From an uncultured virus (IMG/VR IMGVR_UViG_3300020411_003822) (lineage: Duplodnaviria > Heunggongvirae > Uroviricota > Caudoviricetes): a DNA stretch of 64,000 bases. Position numbers and translations under genes: made by a program. Within the stretch, counting starts at the first letter, position 1, and each line of letters begins with the position of its first letter. This document shows, piece by piece, positions 42,331 through 53,067 of the stretch. Under the pieces are notes generated by a model. The model had not been told where the DNA came from. It saw only the letters and a program-made list of their open reading frames with translations, and did not search any database. The DNA lies in the IMG/VR virus record IMGVR_UViG_3300020411_003822; one strand, written 5' to 3'.

Positions 42331-42771
42331 ATGTCTGATGCAGATGCAAAGATGGCGGAGAGGGCGGAGGCTACAAGAATAGCAATCGCACACAGTACGG
42401 GAACAAGTGGATACACCAAAGCATGTGGAATTAATCTACAACTTCTTTGTACAGATGGAGTATTGGGAGTTGCTGACGCAGCACAAGCATATTGGCTCAT
42501 CGACATTGTTGGGAGCTTGAAGTACGATGCTGCAGCAGCATCGTACATGGAAGTAGCGAAAAAAGAGCGCAGATTGATTGTATGCAAACTATCAGTAAAT
42601 GAAGATAGAACAGCAACATTCACTGCTCGCGGAATGGATCTTGAGGAAGATTTCTACACTCAAGAGATTCCATACACGAATTTCCCGTTAGAGGAAATTA
42701 CACTTTGGTATAACCTGCACGACCATGCAGGTTCAGGATACACAGTTTTGTATCTGCCAAGTGAACACTGA
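42331..42771 (+). CDS. DUF6876-like protein
   Basis: TDGV...AYWLIDIV...QEIPYTNFPL...LPSEH. Confidence 0.7.
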   Translation: MSDADAKMAERAEATRIAIAHSTGTSGYTKACGINLQLLCTDGVLGVADAAQAYWLIDIVGSLKYDAAAASYMEVAKKERRLIVCKLSVNEDRTATFTARGMDLEEDFYTQEIPYTNFPLEEITLWYNLHDHAGSGYTVLYLPSEH

Positions 42772-42773
42772 AC

Positions 42774-44009
42774 ATGACAAACGAAAGTGAGTCGGGCTCT
42801 ACAGATGTAGAGATGGAAGAGTTTGATGACTCCACCCCAGTGTGGGAAGTGCATCAACAAGCAGTCGTGGCGCTTCAAGCGCACGAAGGAGAAGGTTTCG
42901 AATCTCTGACAAGAGGTGGGAGAGACGCAACGGTGGTAGATTGGGATTTTAACCCACTTGTTCTGCCCTCGTATGTTCATCTCACTGAGCATCCGTCAGA
43001 TCAAGAAATAGAACCAGGATTTTTTACGGTCACAAACCGTAGCGGAAATGTAACATCTTTCCAAATATTCAATCCTGACTTGAGAACAGAGGAGCAACCG
43101 ATTGGAGCAGTACTTGGGGAAGTTTCGGAGAGATACGCAGCAGTGTCATATCCGATTACATTCGCCCCATTCGCAGAAATGTGTTCTGCTAAAGGGTGGC
43201 CGTGGGAAATCACTTGCTATGATCAAGGCAAAGTCGCCCGAATGGACATTGTCGTTGCTGACGCAGCGGAAATAGGAACCAACAAAGCCAACCGTAGGGT
43301 TGGTGATGTCTACAAATATGGACTAACCATTCACAACAGTTTGGACGGTTCAAGTGGACTTAGAGTAACAGCTTATGCAGAGAGACTCGTATGCACCAAT
43401 GGAATGGTAGCAATGAGAAAGAGAAATCTATTTTCTGCAAAACATACTGCTGGGGCTATCGGTTCCATTGACTTTGAGAAGTTCGCAAGAGAAATCGGAG
43501 AAATGGCTCTTACTGTGAAAAATGAAATCTTGCTCGTAGAAAGCATGAAAGGCATGAAATTGACTGATGAACTGTTCGACAAATTACAAGTCGAAGCAGC
43601 ACGCAGAGGAATCATCACAATGCCAAGAGTGTTTGAGATTACAGATCCTATCACTGGAAAAGTAATTGATTACGATGTCAAAGGAGGACACGGTTGGAGA
43701 ATTGGTCGAGAAGGCTGGGAAAACCCAGACCGAGACTGGGTAAAAGTAGAAGGTGAAGACATTGGAACCCTGTTCCAAGCATACCAAATAATGACTGGTG
43801 GATTGACCCACAAACCTGTATGGGATGGGCCAGCCACCTGGAATGGTGAAAAGCATTCCAGTCTAAATGGTTACACTTTGAACTTGAAAACATTAGAAAA
43901 GAGGCTTCATTCCGTTCACATCTTATTGAGCGAAGTAATGAGTGGCTCTCTAATTTTGGAAGAACTACCAACCTCCGAGCAAAAACTCGGAATTGAGTTG
44001 GTACACTGA
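42774..44009 (+). CDS. DUF932-family protein
   Basis: HNSLDGSSG...RLVCTNG..KH. Confidence 0.8.
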   Translation: MTNESESGSTDVEMEEFDDSTPVWEVHQQAVVALQAHEGEGFESLTRGGRDATVVDWDFNPLVLPSYVHLTEHPSDQEIEPGFFTVTNRSGNVTSFQIFNPDLRTEEQPIGAVLGEVSERYAAVSYPITFAPFAEMCSAKGWPWEITCYDQGKVARMDIVVADAAEIGTNKANRRVGDVYKYGLTIHNSLDGSSGLRVTAYAERLVCTNGMVAMRKRNLFSAKHTAGAIGSIDFEKFAREIGEMALTVKNEILLVESMKGMKLTDELFDKLQVEAARRGIITMPRVFEITDPITGKVIDYDVKGGHGWRIGREGWENPDRDWVKVEGEDIGTLFQAYQIMTGGLTHKPVWDGPATWNGEKHSSLNGYTLNLKTLEKRLHSVHILLSEVMSGSLILEELPTSEQKLGIELVH

Positions 44010-45656
44010 ACACATGTTAGTGCATAGAGCAAAAGACGGATTTAGGAGATACCCCTACGCTAAAGCGGAAGGGGATTGAATGACGCAGAAGTTAGCGTAC
44101 AGATTTGAGTTGAAATGCATCTTCGATGGTGTTATTTTCATTTGGCCCCCTGAAGAGGAGCCCCCACTTGAAGGCAACAGCGAATATGATGCATTAATGT
44201 CGAGGCCAATCATGTGTCCTGGTGATCCAGAGAAGATGATTCCTCCACACATAGAATTTGAGAAAAGTGACATGATGGAACCACGAGATATTGTGGAAAT
44301 CCTTAATGTCGTAATTACGGAGAGATAAAACATGGAAACGGCAATACCCTCAGTACCAAGAGCGATGGTAGTAAGGTGTGCCAATTGCCGCGCATTTGGA
44401 GTAATGACTCGCAAAGAACCACTGGAACTTTGCCCCGAAGGGCGAGTATTGGTGCAGTTCTTTTGCAGATGTGGTAAAGGAAAAGTGGATTTTGATAATC
44501 CATACTGAACATGACTGGAGATAATGAACCGGTTGAAGAGGGCATCGATTTAGATGCAATTAGACAGGAACTGGCGGAAGGCCAAGCAGAAATTGATGAA
44601 ATAGGCGAGCGTATTTCTCGATGGGAAGATTGTGAACACTGCGATAGCGAAGGTAATGTGAGATACGGGTCAAACCACGACTCCATAGAGCCTTGTGTAG
44701 TTTGTGAAGAGGAAATTGATGAACTTAGCGAGCGTATTACTCAATGGGACAAAAAACACAGAATGATGTGTCCCGAACCAGCGAGCGGTGCTGCAGGGCA
44801 CATTCATTGGCTCTTAGCCCGTTACACGGAATTGCTCGATGACATTCATGGAGAGAAATGTTTCACAGAAGAAGGGGCAGATCATGGACCTGAACTTGTA
44901 GCAAGAATCAGGGCATTAGGTCCTGATTATGTGAAGTGCTTTCTCCCTGCTGAATTATGGGACGACCAATTTCAAGACTGAACATGGACAAAGAGTTCAC
45001 GATTGTATGCTCCTACTGTGGGCATGAATGGAGAGAAGACGATGGAATGCCATGCAAATGTGAAGAATGTGAGGGTTGAACTTGGGTACAAGGGGCTATC
45101 GTCACAATCCAAATAGTAGCCAGGTAAAGTGTCCAGAGTGCGGTAAAGTGCAACGGATTCAGCGCAACACCGCCAAATGCCGAATATGCAAAACAGAGGA
45201 ATCTCGATGTCATCATATTCGAAACAGATGGACAAATGACATGCAACTATTGCTTTCATACATGAAAACTGAACATGAGCGAAGGATTCGTTTGTGACGA
45301 GTGTGGCAGACAAGCTACAAGGGCAGAAGGCACCAATTGGTGCGTAAACTGCGAAAGGGAATATCAAGCAGGGCTGAATGAAGCCATGCGAGTCCCCTGG
45401 CCGAGAGGAGTCGATTAAATGGACATCGGAAGATTAGAAAATAATGCACTGGAGAAAGCAGTGGAACTAATTCACAAAACCATATCAATGGTGGTAAATC
45501 AATCTTCAATTGCATTGACATTTGAAGGTCCCGATGAGATAGAAGACCTCTGGAACGCATGGGAATTGATTCAAACCTTCGGAGATTTACACGATAACGA
45601 AGGAATGTTTACCGAATTTGCATCAATTTACAATAGCGACAGAGGATACTGAACAC

Positions 45657-45902
45657 ATGTCTACGACAAAAGAGAAAATCATGGCAGTAGCAAGGAGAGT
45701 ATTGAGAGAATACGAAACCATGTCTGCATCAGGAATCGCTGAAAGGGTGAATTCTGAAACCAGAGATGGAGTTCATGTAGCCAGAATGGCAGGGTTGCTA
45801 AAATCAGCACCGGACATCGAACAGGTGCCGAGAACAAGAGAACCCATTGAGTGGAGACTCAAGGGGAATGTTGATGCGACTGAGACAGGTGGCGAAACAT
45901 GA
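45657..45902 (+). CDS. DUF3860-like winged-helix protein
   Basis: RDGVHVARMAGLLKSAPDIEQV..W. Confidence 0.55.
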   Translation: MSTTKEKIMAVARRVLREYETMSASGIAERVNSETRDGVHVARMAGLLKSAPDIEQVPRTREPIEWRLKGNVDATETGGET

Positions 45903-46270
45903 GCAGAATGATGAATCTGATACTGAGAAGAATAGCGGGAATAATCCTGGTCGGGTTTGCAATCGCCTATTGGGTTGCCAAATGGCAAGGGTATGATCTA
46001 CCAGGAATTGATTTGCCGCAATGGATGCATTCACCTGCATGGTGGACAGGAATAGCCGTAGTTGCAGTATGGGCTTGGTTGCCTGTACTGGCACCTGTGG
46101 GAAACAGAGAGGTATCTCTTGCACAAGAGATGCCGAGACAATTTCAAAGCCCTCAGCAAATTGAAAACGAGCCATTTGAAATGAATGGCATGTGGTGCAT
46201 AATTTGGAACGGGCAATACATGGTTTGGGACTCACAAAACAATCAATGGGTCCCCTACCGTGGAAACTGA
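45899..46270 (+). CDS. Small two-TM membrane protein
   Basis: Two hydrophobic segments. Confidence 0.6.
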   Translation: MSRMMNLILRRIAGIILVGFAIAYWVAKWQGYDLPGIDLPQWMHSPAWWTGIAVVAVWAWLPVLAPVGNREVSLAQEMPRQFQSPQQIENEPFEMNGMWCIIWNGQYMVWDSQNNQWVPYRGN

Positions 46271-47932
46271 ACATGGACGAAGAATTCACCGTATGGAGAA
46301 TCCAAGAAATCGTCTTGGCCGAGGAATGCCCTCTCCAAGACAGATTTGACAGAGAAGAATTGTGGTGTGACGATGTGGACTACACGGGTGGTCGCCTCAA
46401 CTTCATCGCTTTTGTGAGCAATTGGCCTCACCCCGATATTTCGGCAACAGAGGCGAAGCAATTGAAGGAGTACCTCGAACGAAAAGTGATTAACGAAGCA
46501 GAACGCCAATATCCCAATGGCGCAAGAGCGCGAATTTACTTGCCCAGTGGCCCCATAGAGGCGTATTGGCCGGATGAAGACTGAACATGAAAACTGAATT
46601 GGCATTAACATTCAACACTGGAATGTTTAGGCGGGACGAGCCGTTGGTGATCTATTCATCCAAACATCTCGGCCCAGTTACAGCAGAATCAACAATAGCA
46701 AGAATGATTCACCCCAAAGGGAGAGGCATTGGCTTTGCAAAGGCAAAGGATACAGGAATGATTGGAACCTTTCCTTTGGAACGACTGGATTATGCAGTAA
46801 AAATGACAATATCTCCCGAAATGTGGAACTTACTATCGGAGATAGACACGATTCTTGACAGTATTCAATCGCACAATGAAGCTTATCGAATAATTGGATT
46901 GCTTGATGGCGAAGGGTTACTGGAAAAACACAAGGAAATCAAAACAATCAGGGATAAAGCCAAAAAAATAGGTAGAGATATTAACCTTGATTACGGAGAC
47001 TGAACACATGTCCGAAGAAAAGACAAGTTTTCGTGAATGGATTGAGAGATTCTTGGAGAAAGTACCTGACGATGCGCTGATAAACTGCTGCATCGAGATG
47101 TCGTATTCTCAAGGAGCAAAAGGCGGTAAAGAGATCATGGTGACTGGTCTGCATCCTAACGATGCAGATTGGCAAAAGAAATACCCAAGCAGTAAAGATT
47201 GTTGGGGTGGAAACCCAGTAAATCGCGCCAAAGACTGAACATGTCGAGCGAAATTGACGACAGTGAGGATGGATTCGTTTGCCCACAATGCGATAAACGA
47301 TTCCAAGAGGGAGAATGTATGCCTGCAGTTGCTTTAGCAGCGCAAATCGGAAGAGAAGAAGATGTTGTATTATGTTCAATAAGATGTCTGGTAGGCTTCT
47401 TGAAAGAGCACGCAACTAACTGAACATTGAAAAGGAGAAGCATCTTGGAGAGAATTGGGCCGGAGTTTCTGATTGCTTTCATATCTTCTTCAACTTCAGG
47501 TGGTGGTTGGAAGTTTGGGGTAAACTTCCTCCTCTCCGGTCCACCTTAACTTAACATGGCAGACGACTTGCTGAAGGGAGTAGACATGGATTCTACATGG
47601 AGTTGGTACGGGGACTTGGAAGAGGTCAATCTCTTTACATACAGAGGGGAATTTCATAATGACAATTCCATTATGGTAAAAATAGTAAACGAAGAGGGGG
47701 ACAAATTGAAGGTCCGTTTTCACATTCAAGAGGTAGAGATCCTTGAAGTAATCAAGGCAGCTACCGAGAAAGACGAACTACTTGAATTACTGGACAACAT
47801 TTACGGCCTCCTTGAAGGAATGGCAGATGGAGCGGAAGACACAGAGGATTACGATGATAGCGAGAGAATCTTTGCAAATGCAAGAGATCGTGCGCATCGT
47901 GCCTGGGCTATCGCAAAGAACCTAAACTGAAC

Positions 47933-49201
47933 ATGAAGTTTTACACAGATGAAGGCAAATGCCTTAGGTGTGGGAAGAAACTTTCAGATCAAACATCAAT
48001 TGATTCTATGGTGGGTCCTGAGTGCAAAGGTTTGCACTGGAACCCCTTGAATACAGTAAAAACCGTTGTGAGCATATCGAAGTATTTGGATCCGAGAGGA
48101 ACCGAAGGCGATTCGGAGAGGAATCCAAGAGAATTTATGGAAGAAATGGAAGCAGACATTTTGTTTGCTTGCAAAAGCAAGGAATACACTTGGGAATCCG
48201 ATAATTACACAGGAAAACACGATGTAACGGAATTTGCTTTCGATGTCGAAGTATGGGTAAGAGCAGAGAAATTCTGCTCAATAATAACCTCAGGTTATGA
48301 AGATAAATTCAAGGAAGCAGTGGAATTGTCTCCAATCATCAAGATTGGGAATTTGAACAGTTGCCAAAAGCAACCGAACTTCGAAAATGTGGAAACACAG
48401 ATAAGGTTCGAATGGGTGAAATTCTACGGAATCGTATTTCCTGACGGAAGTATGAGAAATGGAATAATTGAAGCATTGGATCTGAATGAACAGGAATTTG
48501 CAATGATACCGAACAGTTTTGATGACTGGAATGAAAAGATATTGTCTCCATTCAAAGTGAATGTTAAGAGAATTTTATTTCAAGAGGAATTCATTGTAAA
48601 AATGAAAACTATGAAATTCATCTACTGTGATCCAATCGTAAATGCGATTACAGGCGATGATTTAGATTACAAGGATAATTACCCAGCGTGCCATGAATGG
48701 GAGTTTAGTGATAATCCGAGACTCGTAGAAGATTACTGGGCCGAACAAGTAGATTACAATCACGATGTCTATTGTGATGCAGTATTGTGCATAAACCATC
48801 TCCATTTCCTTCCTAATCTGAAATACAGAAAAAAGGAAATAGACGAATACGATGATGGACTGACAAAATGCATCCTTCGACAACTGGAGAAATGCTACTC
48901 GGAATACATGGAAGGTATGCCATACTGGTATGACGACAGTGATAACTTTGAATATTTCAATCAAAGAGTTTGTTGGTATGCCGCCAGGACAATCGCAAAG
49001 AACATCGGGCAATGTATTGGAAACATCACCCAAAATATGCCAGAAAAACCAGAGATAGAATTGACGAATGCCTTTGAAGGATTGAAAGATAAGGACAAGT
49101 ATTGGTCTTGGGTAAAAAAACTGCGGGAATACGATTACTACGGATTCGGCAGCGCGGATACAGATTTCCTCAATGCAATAAAAGAGGGAGCAGAACTGAA
49201 C
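47933..49201 (+). CDS. DUF6011-type zinc finger fused to an unknown domain; no stop before the motif at 49195
   Basis: CLRCGKKLSD..S....GPEC. Confidence 0.65.
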
Positions 49202-49546
49202 ATGTCAGGAACACCGTGGGGTAATCCCAGTGGAGTAGAAGCAGTTGCACCTGGAATAGACTGGGTGATAACAGGAAGGCACGGAGGATTGCGTGTTTCA
49301 AACGCAATCGCCAAAGAGGCAGGTATCAATCGATTACTTGCGTCAATGGGAGGAATGGGTGTCGGTTTAGCAATATACGAACGCCAGCATTGGTGGTTCG
49401 AAGAAGACTGTGCGTGGAGCATAGCAGTACTATTGCTACCGCAGCATTTCTCCGAAGAAAGCCAACAGGCAGCCGAACAATGCGCAGAACTTTATTTCCC
49501 TGAAGCATTTGCATTAGTCAAAGAACACAGGGAGGGTATTGAATGA
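49202..49546 (+). CDS. DUF7007-like protein
   Basis: TPWG...APGI..V.T..HGG...WFEEDCAW; starts at an in-frame internal motif. Confidence 0.65.
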   Translation: MSGTPWGNPSGVEAVAPGIDWVITGRHGGLRVSNAIAKEAGINRLLASMGGMGVGLAIYERQHWWFEEDCAWSIAVLLLPQHFSEESQQAAEQCAELYFPEAFALVKEHREGIE

Positions 49547-49676
49547 GCGAGAAAATTAAGGTAACAAGAGAAGAATGGCTTGAATATACAAGAATCATTC
49601 AAAAACAACTCAGTAGAAAACGATACGAGCAAACATTTCGTTATGCTTGGAACGGAATAGAACTGATAGACTGAAC

Positions 49677-49931
49677 ATGACTCTTATTGACGCAATCAAG
49701 CGAGAGATTACTGTAAGGCATACATGCAGAAGGTGCAACCGCCCTTTGACGGACAAAGAGTCAATTCAAAGAGGTATAGGCCCCATCTGTTTTGCAAAGG
49801 AACAAAAAGTTCGCCCATACCACTACTATGATTACAGGTTGGGCAAAACTGAACATGAGTCTCATAGAAGCGATTATGCGAGAGATGGAAGGAGGCGAAC
49901 AAGTTGTTTGTCAAAGATGGAGGAACCATAG
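49677..49931 (+). CDS. DUF6011 zinc-finger protein
   Basis: CRRCNRPLTDKESIQRGIGPIC. Confidence 0.75.
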   Translation: MTLIDAIKREITVRHTCRRCNRPLTDKESIQRGIGPICFAKEQKVRPYHYYDYRLGKTEHESHRSDYARDGRRRTSCLSKMEEP

Positions 49932-50736
49932 ATCTGAATACAGACCAAGCGGAGAAGCTATTGACATTGAAGGAGGCGGATACCACGCGAAATTAATTCC
50001 TAAAGCAACAGCAGCAGAATTTGTTCGAACACACCACTACAGCGGTTCATATGTAGCCGCAAGAGTAAATGTGGGGATGATTCGTGATAATGCTGAAGGT
50101 GGACAGGAACTTTGTGGAGTAGCCGGATACTCTGTACCAATGTCTCAAGCAGTGATTCCAAAATGGTTGAACTGTGAACCAGAAAACGGTATTGATTTAG
50201 GAAGGTTTGTTCTTCTCGATGATGTACCTGCAAATGGTGAAACATGGTTTCTAAAACAATCATTCAAACTACTCAAAGAGGATAAACCAGAAATTCAAGC
50301 CGTCATGGCTACATCTGATCCTTTGGTGAGAGTGAATTATTTGACAGGAGAAATTGTAATGCCAGGGCATGTGGGAACAATATACCAAGCCCACAATGGC
50401 GCATATCTTGGAAGAACAACGAAAAAAACAGTCATCAGTGGAAACGATGGCAATGTGATAACTGGTAGAACACTAAGCAAAGTTAGAAACCAAGAAAGCG
50501 GTAAGGATTATTCGTATCAGAAACTACTTGCTGCAGGCGCAACAGAAAAACAATCCTCCGAACAATGGAGAGATTATGTGAGAAGAGCAACAAGAGAACT
50601 GAATAGAATTCAGCACCCAGGCAACCATGTGTATGCTTGGCCTCTTGGTGAAAACAAAAAGGAAAACAGAGAAATCCGACAAACAATCGGAGCGATTAAT
50701 CCATCGGATTATCCGAAGGAAGTCGAAGTTTACTGA
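49855..50736 (+). CDS. Mom-family adenine-modification (GNAT-like) enzyme
   Basis: FVRTHHYSG, LGRFVLLDDVPANGETWF, SDP, GHVGTIYQAHN. Confidence 0.8.
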   Translation: MSLIEAIMREMEGGEQVVCQRWRNHRSEYRPSGEAIDIEGGGYHAKLIPKATAAEFVRTHHYSGSYVAARVNVGMIRDNAEGGQELCGVAGYSVPMSQAVIPKWLNCEPENGIDLGRFVLLDDVPANGETWFLKQSFKLLKEDKPEIQAVMATSDPLVRVNYLTGEIVMPGHVGTIYQAHNGAYLGRTTKKTVISGNDGNVITGRTLSKVRNQESGKDYSYQKLLAAGATEKQSSEQWRDYVRRATRELNRIQHPGNHVYAWPLGENKKENREIRQTIGAINPSDYPKEVEVY

Positions 50737-51328
50737 ACATGAGAAACCCTACTACGAAGGTGTTTGGAGTGTGCGATTTCTGCGGTTATGATGCAGAAGC
50801 AGCAGTAAAGTACCAAATGAAGCAAAACGGGGAAGAACTCTCAGAAGAGGAATACGAGAAAGAAGTCGCATTCTATCTCTTCGAGAGTCACGCTGACTTC
50901 TGCCCAGAGATGGCAAATATGGTCGAAGAATACGATAAGGAGAATACTGAACATGCCACGAATAAGTGAGTTGAAGCATCTCCTAAGAGAGATGACAGGT
51001 TTTATTGGCGCTACAATTCTAAATGTAGCAATAGGAGACGGAGGAGCTTTGTCCTTGTATGTTGTAGACAAAGAAGGGCAAGGCAATTGGTTAGACATCA
51101 ATAGTGATCCAGAAGGAAATGGTCCTGGCTGGATTCACATAGAAGAAGACGGAGGAGACCACGGTTTCAATCCAGGAACAAAAGAGGAATTGAAAAAAAA
51201 GATTATCAAAGAATACGAAGGGATTGATTTCGCTGACAGGATTCATCCAGCCTTCCAAGAAGAGGGTAAGGACGAAGATTACAGCGTAAGAGGAAAACTT
51301 GATGGATTTGGTAATCGAATTACTGAAC

Positions 51329-51574
51329 ATGGCGAGAACCGCAAGGATCAAGCAGAAGATAATTCAGTGCCTAACTGAATACGGAGAGGCAAGCAGCCAA
51401 GAGGTGTATGCTTATGTCAAAACATCAATGAGGCACGGGGCAACAATGAATCAAATCAGTAACCTCTTGTCAAAAGACAAGAGAATTGAAAAAACTGGCA
51501 TGACAAGTGTAGGAAGAGTCACAATGGAATCATACCAAGTAGCAACTTGGAAATTGAAGGAAGACAATAACTGA
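51329..51574 (+). CDS. DUF3860-like winged-helix protein
   Basis: MRHGATMNQISNLLSKDKRIEKTG. Confidence 0.75.
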   Translation: MARTARIKQKIIQCLTEYGEASSQEVYAYVKTSMRHGATMNQISNLLSKDKRIEKTGMTSVGRVTMESYQVATWKLKEDNN

Positions 51575-51895
51575 ACATGCGCAAGTACAAGGTAGCGTTG
51601 TCTCAAACAATTTATTGGGACATTGAAGTGGAAGCTGAAGATAAAGAGTCAGCAATAGAATTAGCAAAAGAAGAGGCATCGTTAGATGCCGCCAGCGATG
51701 GTGGTAAATTGAGAGTAGATGATGTCCAATGATAATTGAACTCACAAGAAGGGACGCAGAGGTTTTGATTTCTTTAGTGCAACAAGCACGGGAAAAACAA
51801 GCAAATCAACCAACAGTTGCACCAGAGTTGAGAACAATGGCATTGGAATACTATGATGACCTCTACGGAAGATTGCGAAAACAAGTAAACTGAAC

Positions 51896-53035
51896 ATGCA
51901 CGAAGGAATACAATTTCTATCGTTGGGAGGGGGTGTAGATTCAACTGCACTCCTGGCTATGCATCTCTGTCGAGATGAAGCCGCAGAAAAACTCGGAATC
52001 AGTCGAGAAGAACTGGATAGCAAACTACCCAATTTCGAATGGGTTGTATTTGCAGACCCAGGCTCAGAGTGGCAATCCACTTACGACAACATCGAGTACG
52101 CTAAAATGATCTGCGAAAAGGTAGGGCTCAATTTCAAAATTGTAGTTTACATGCAGAGATATTACCGCCACATTGATACCAATGAGCGTATCAAAGATTG
52201 GCAATACAGAGCATTGGAAAAAGAAGACAAGGAGAATTGGAAAGTTTCAATCGAAAGACAAACAATATTTGAATGGCTAACAGAGTTAAAACAAGATGGC
52301 TCAAAAGGAAGCCTACCTATGTTGCCTGGTTCTTCTCATCAATGCAGTGACCGATTCAAAGGCGGCGTACAGAGAAAATGGGCTGACAAAGAGTTCGGAA
52401 AAGATACAAACAAAGTATGGTCGTTAGGAATCGAAGCGAATGAAGATAAACGACACAAAAGATTCACTATGAATCGAGGAGACAGCAAATTTCCTCAGCA
52501 CCATTTCGTGTATCCACTAAAGGATCTCGAAATGACAAGAGAAGATTGCAAAGAAATGTTACGCCACCTACAATGGGATTATCGGGGAGACGGCAGCGAG
52601 GTTGAAAAGTCAAGTTGCATGTGGTGCCCGTGGCTATCCGATTGGGAAGTTGTAAGACTGGTAGAAGATGGCGGACAAGGATTAGAAGAAGCGAAAGAAA
52701 TTGAAAGATTGTTCTATGCTTCTTTCGACAAACATGCAAGATGGCATGAATTGGGTAAACCAATGGTCCCTTCTGGCGTAAGAGCCGCACCTGGGACTCA
52801 CGCAAAGCCATTCCAAACAGGAGTTTGCACACATGCAGAGTGCAGTAAGTACGCACCAGGAAACAAAACTGGCAAAGGAACACTGATTCAACTAAGGTAT
52901 GTAGAAGACGAAAATGGAAAACTTGTGAGAAAAAGCACAGGAAAGAGGCTTACAATGGAAGAACATGAAGAAGCGATTATCAATGGTCGCTTTGCAGAAA
53001 CTGAACACAAGGGGGGCAGGGAGTCATCGTCCTGA
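51896..53035 (+). CDS. PP-loop adenine nucleotide alpha-hydrolase (PAPS reductase-like)
   Basis: SLGGGVDS, FADPG.E, YPL, KSSCMWCP. Confidence 0.75.
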   Translation: MHEGIQFLSLGGGVDSTALLAMHLCRDEAAEKLGISREELDSKLPNFEWVVFADPGSEWQSTYDNIEYAKMICEKVGLNFKIVVYMQRYYRHIDTNERIKDWQYRALEKEDKENWKVSIERQTIFEWLTELKQDGSKGSLPMLPGSSHQCSDRFKGGVQRKWADKEFGKDTNKVWSLGIEANEDKRHKRFTMNRGDSKFPQHHFVYPLKDLEMTREDCKEMLRHLQWDYRGDGSEVEKSSCMWCPWLSDWEVVRLVEDGGQGLEEAKEIERLFYASFDKHARWHELGKPMVPSGVRAAPGTHAKPFQTGVCTHAECSKYAPGNKTGKGTLIQLRYVEDENGKLVRKSTGKRLTMEEHEEAIINGRFAETEHKGGRESSS

Positions 53036-53067
53036 GGCATCCCATCCCTACGGATACCCTGCTCCCC
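53011..53067 (+). ncRNA. Small motif-flanked stem-loop RNA candidate
   Basis: GGGGGCAGGG...CCCTGCTCCCC between ACTGAAC and CCTAAAC. Confidence 0.4.
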
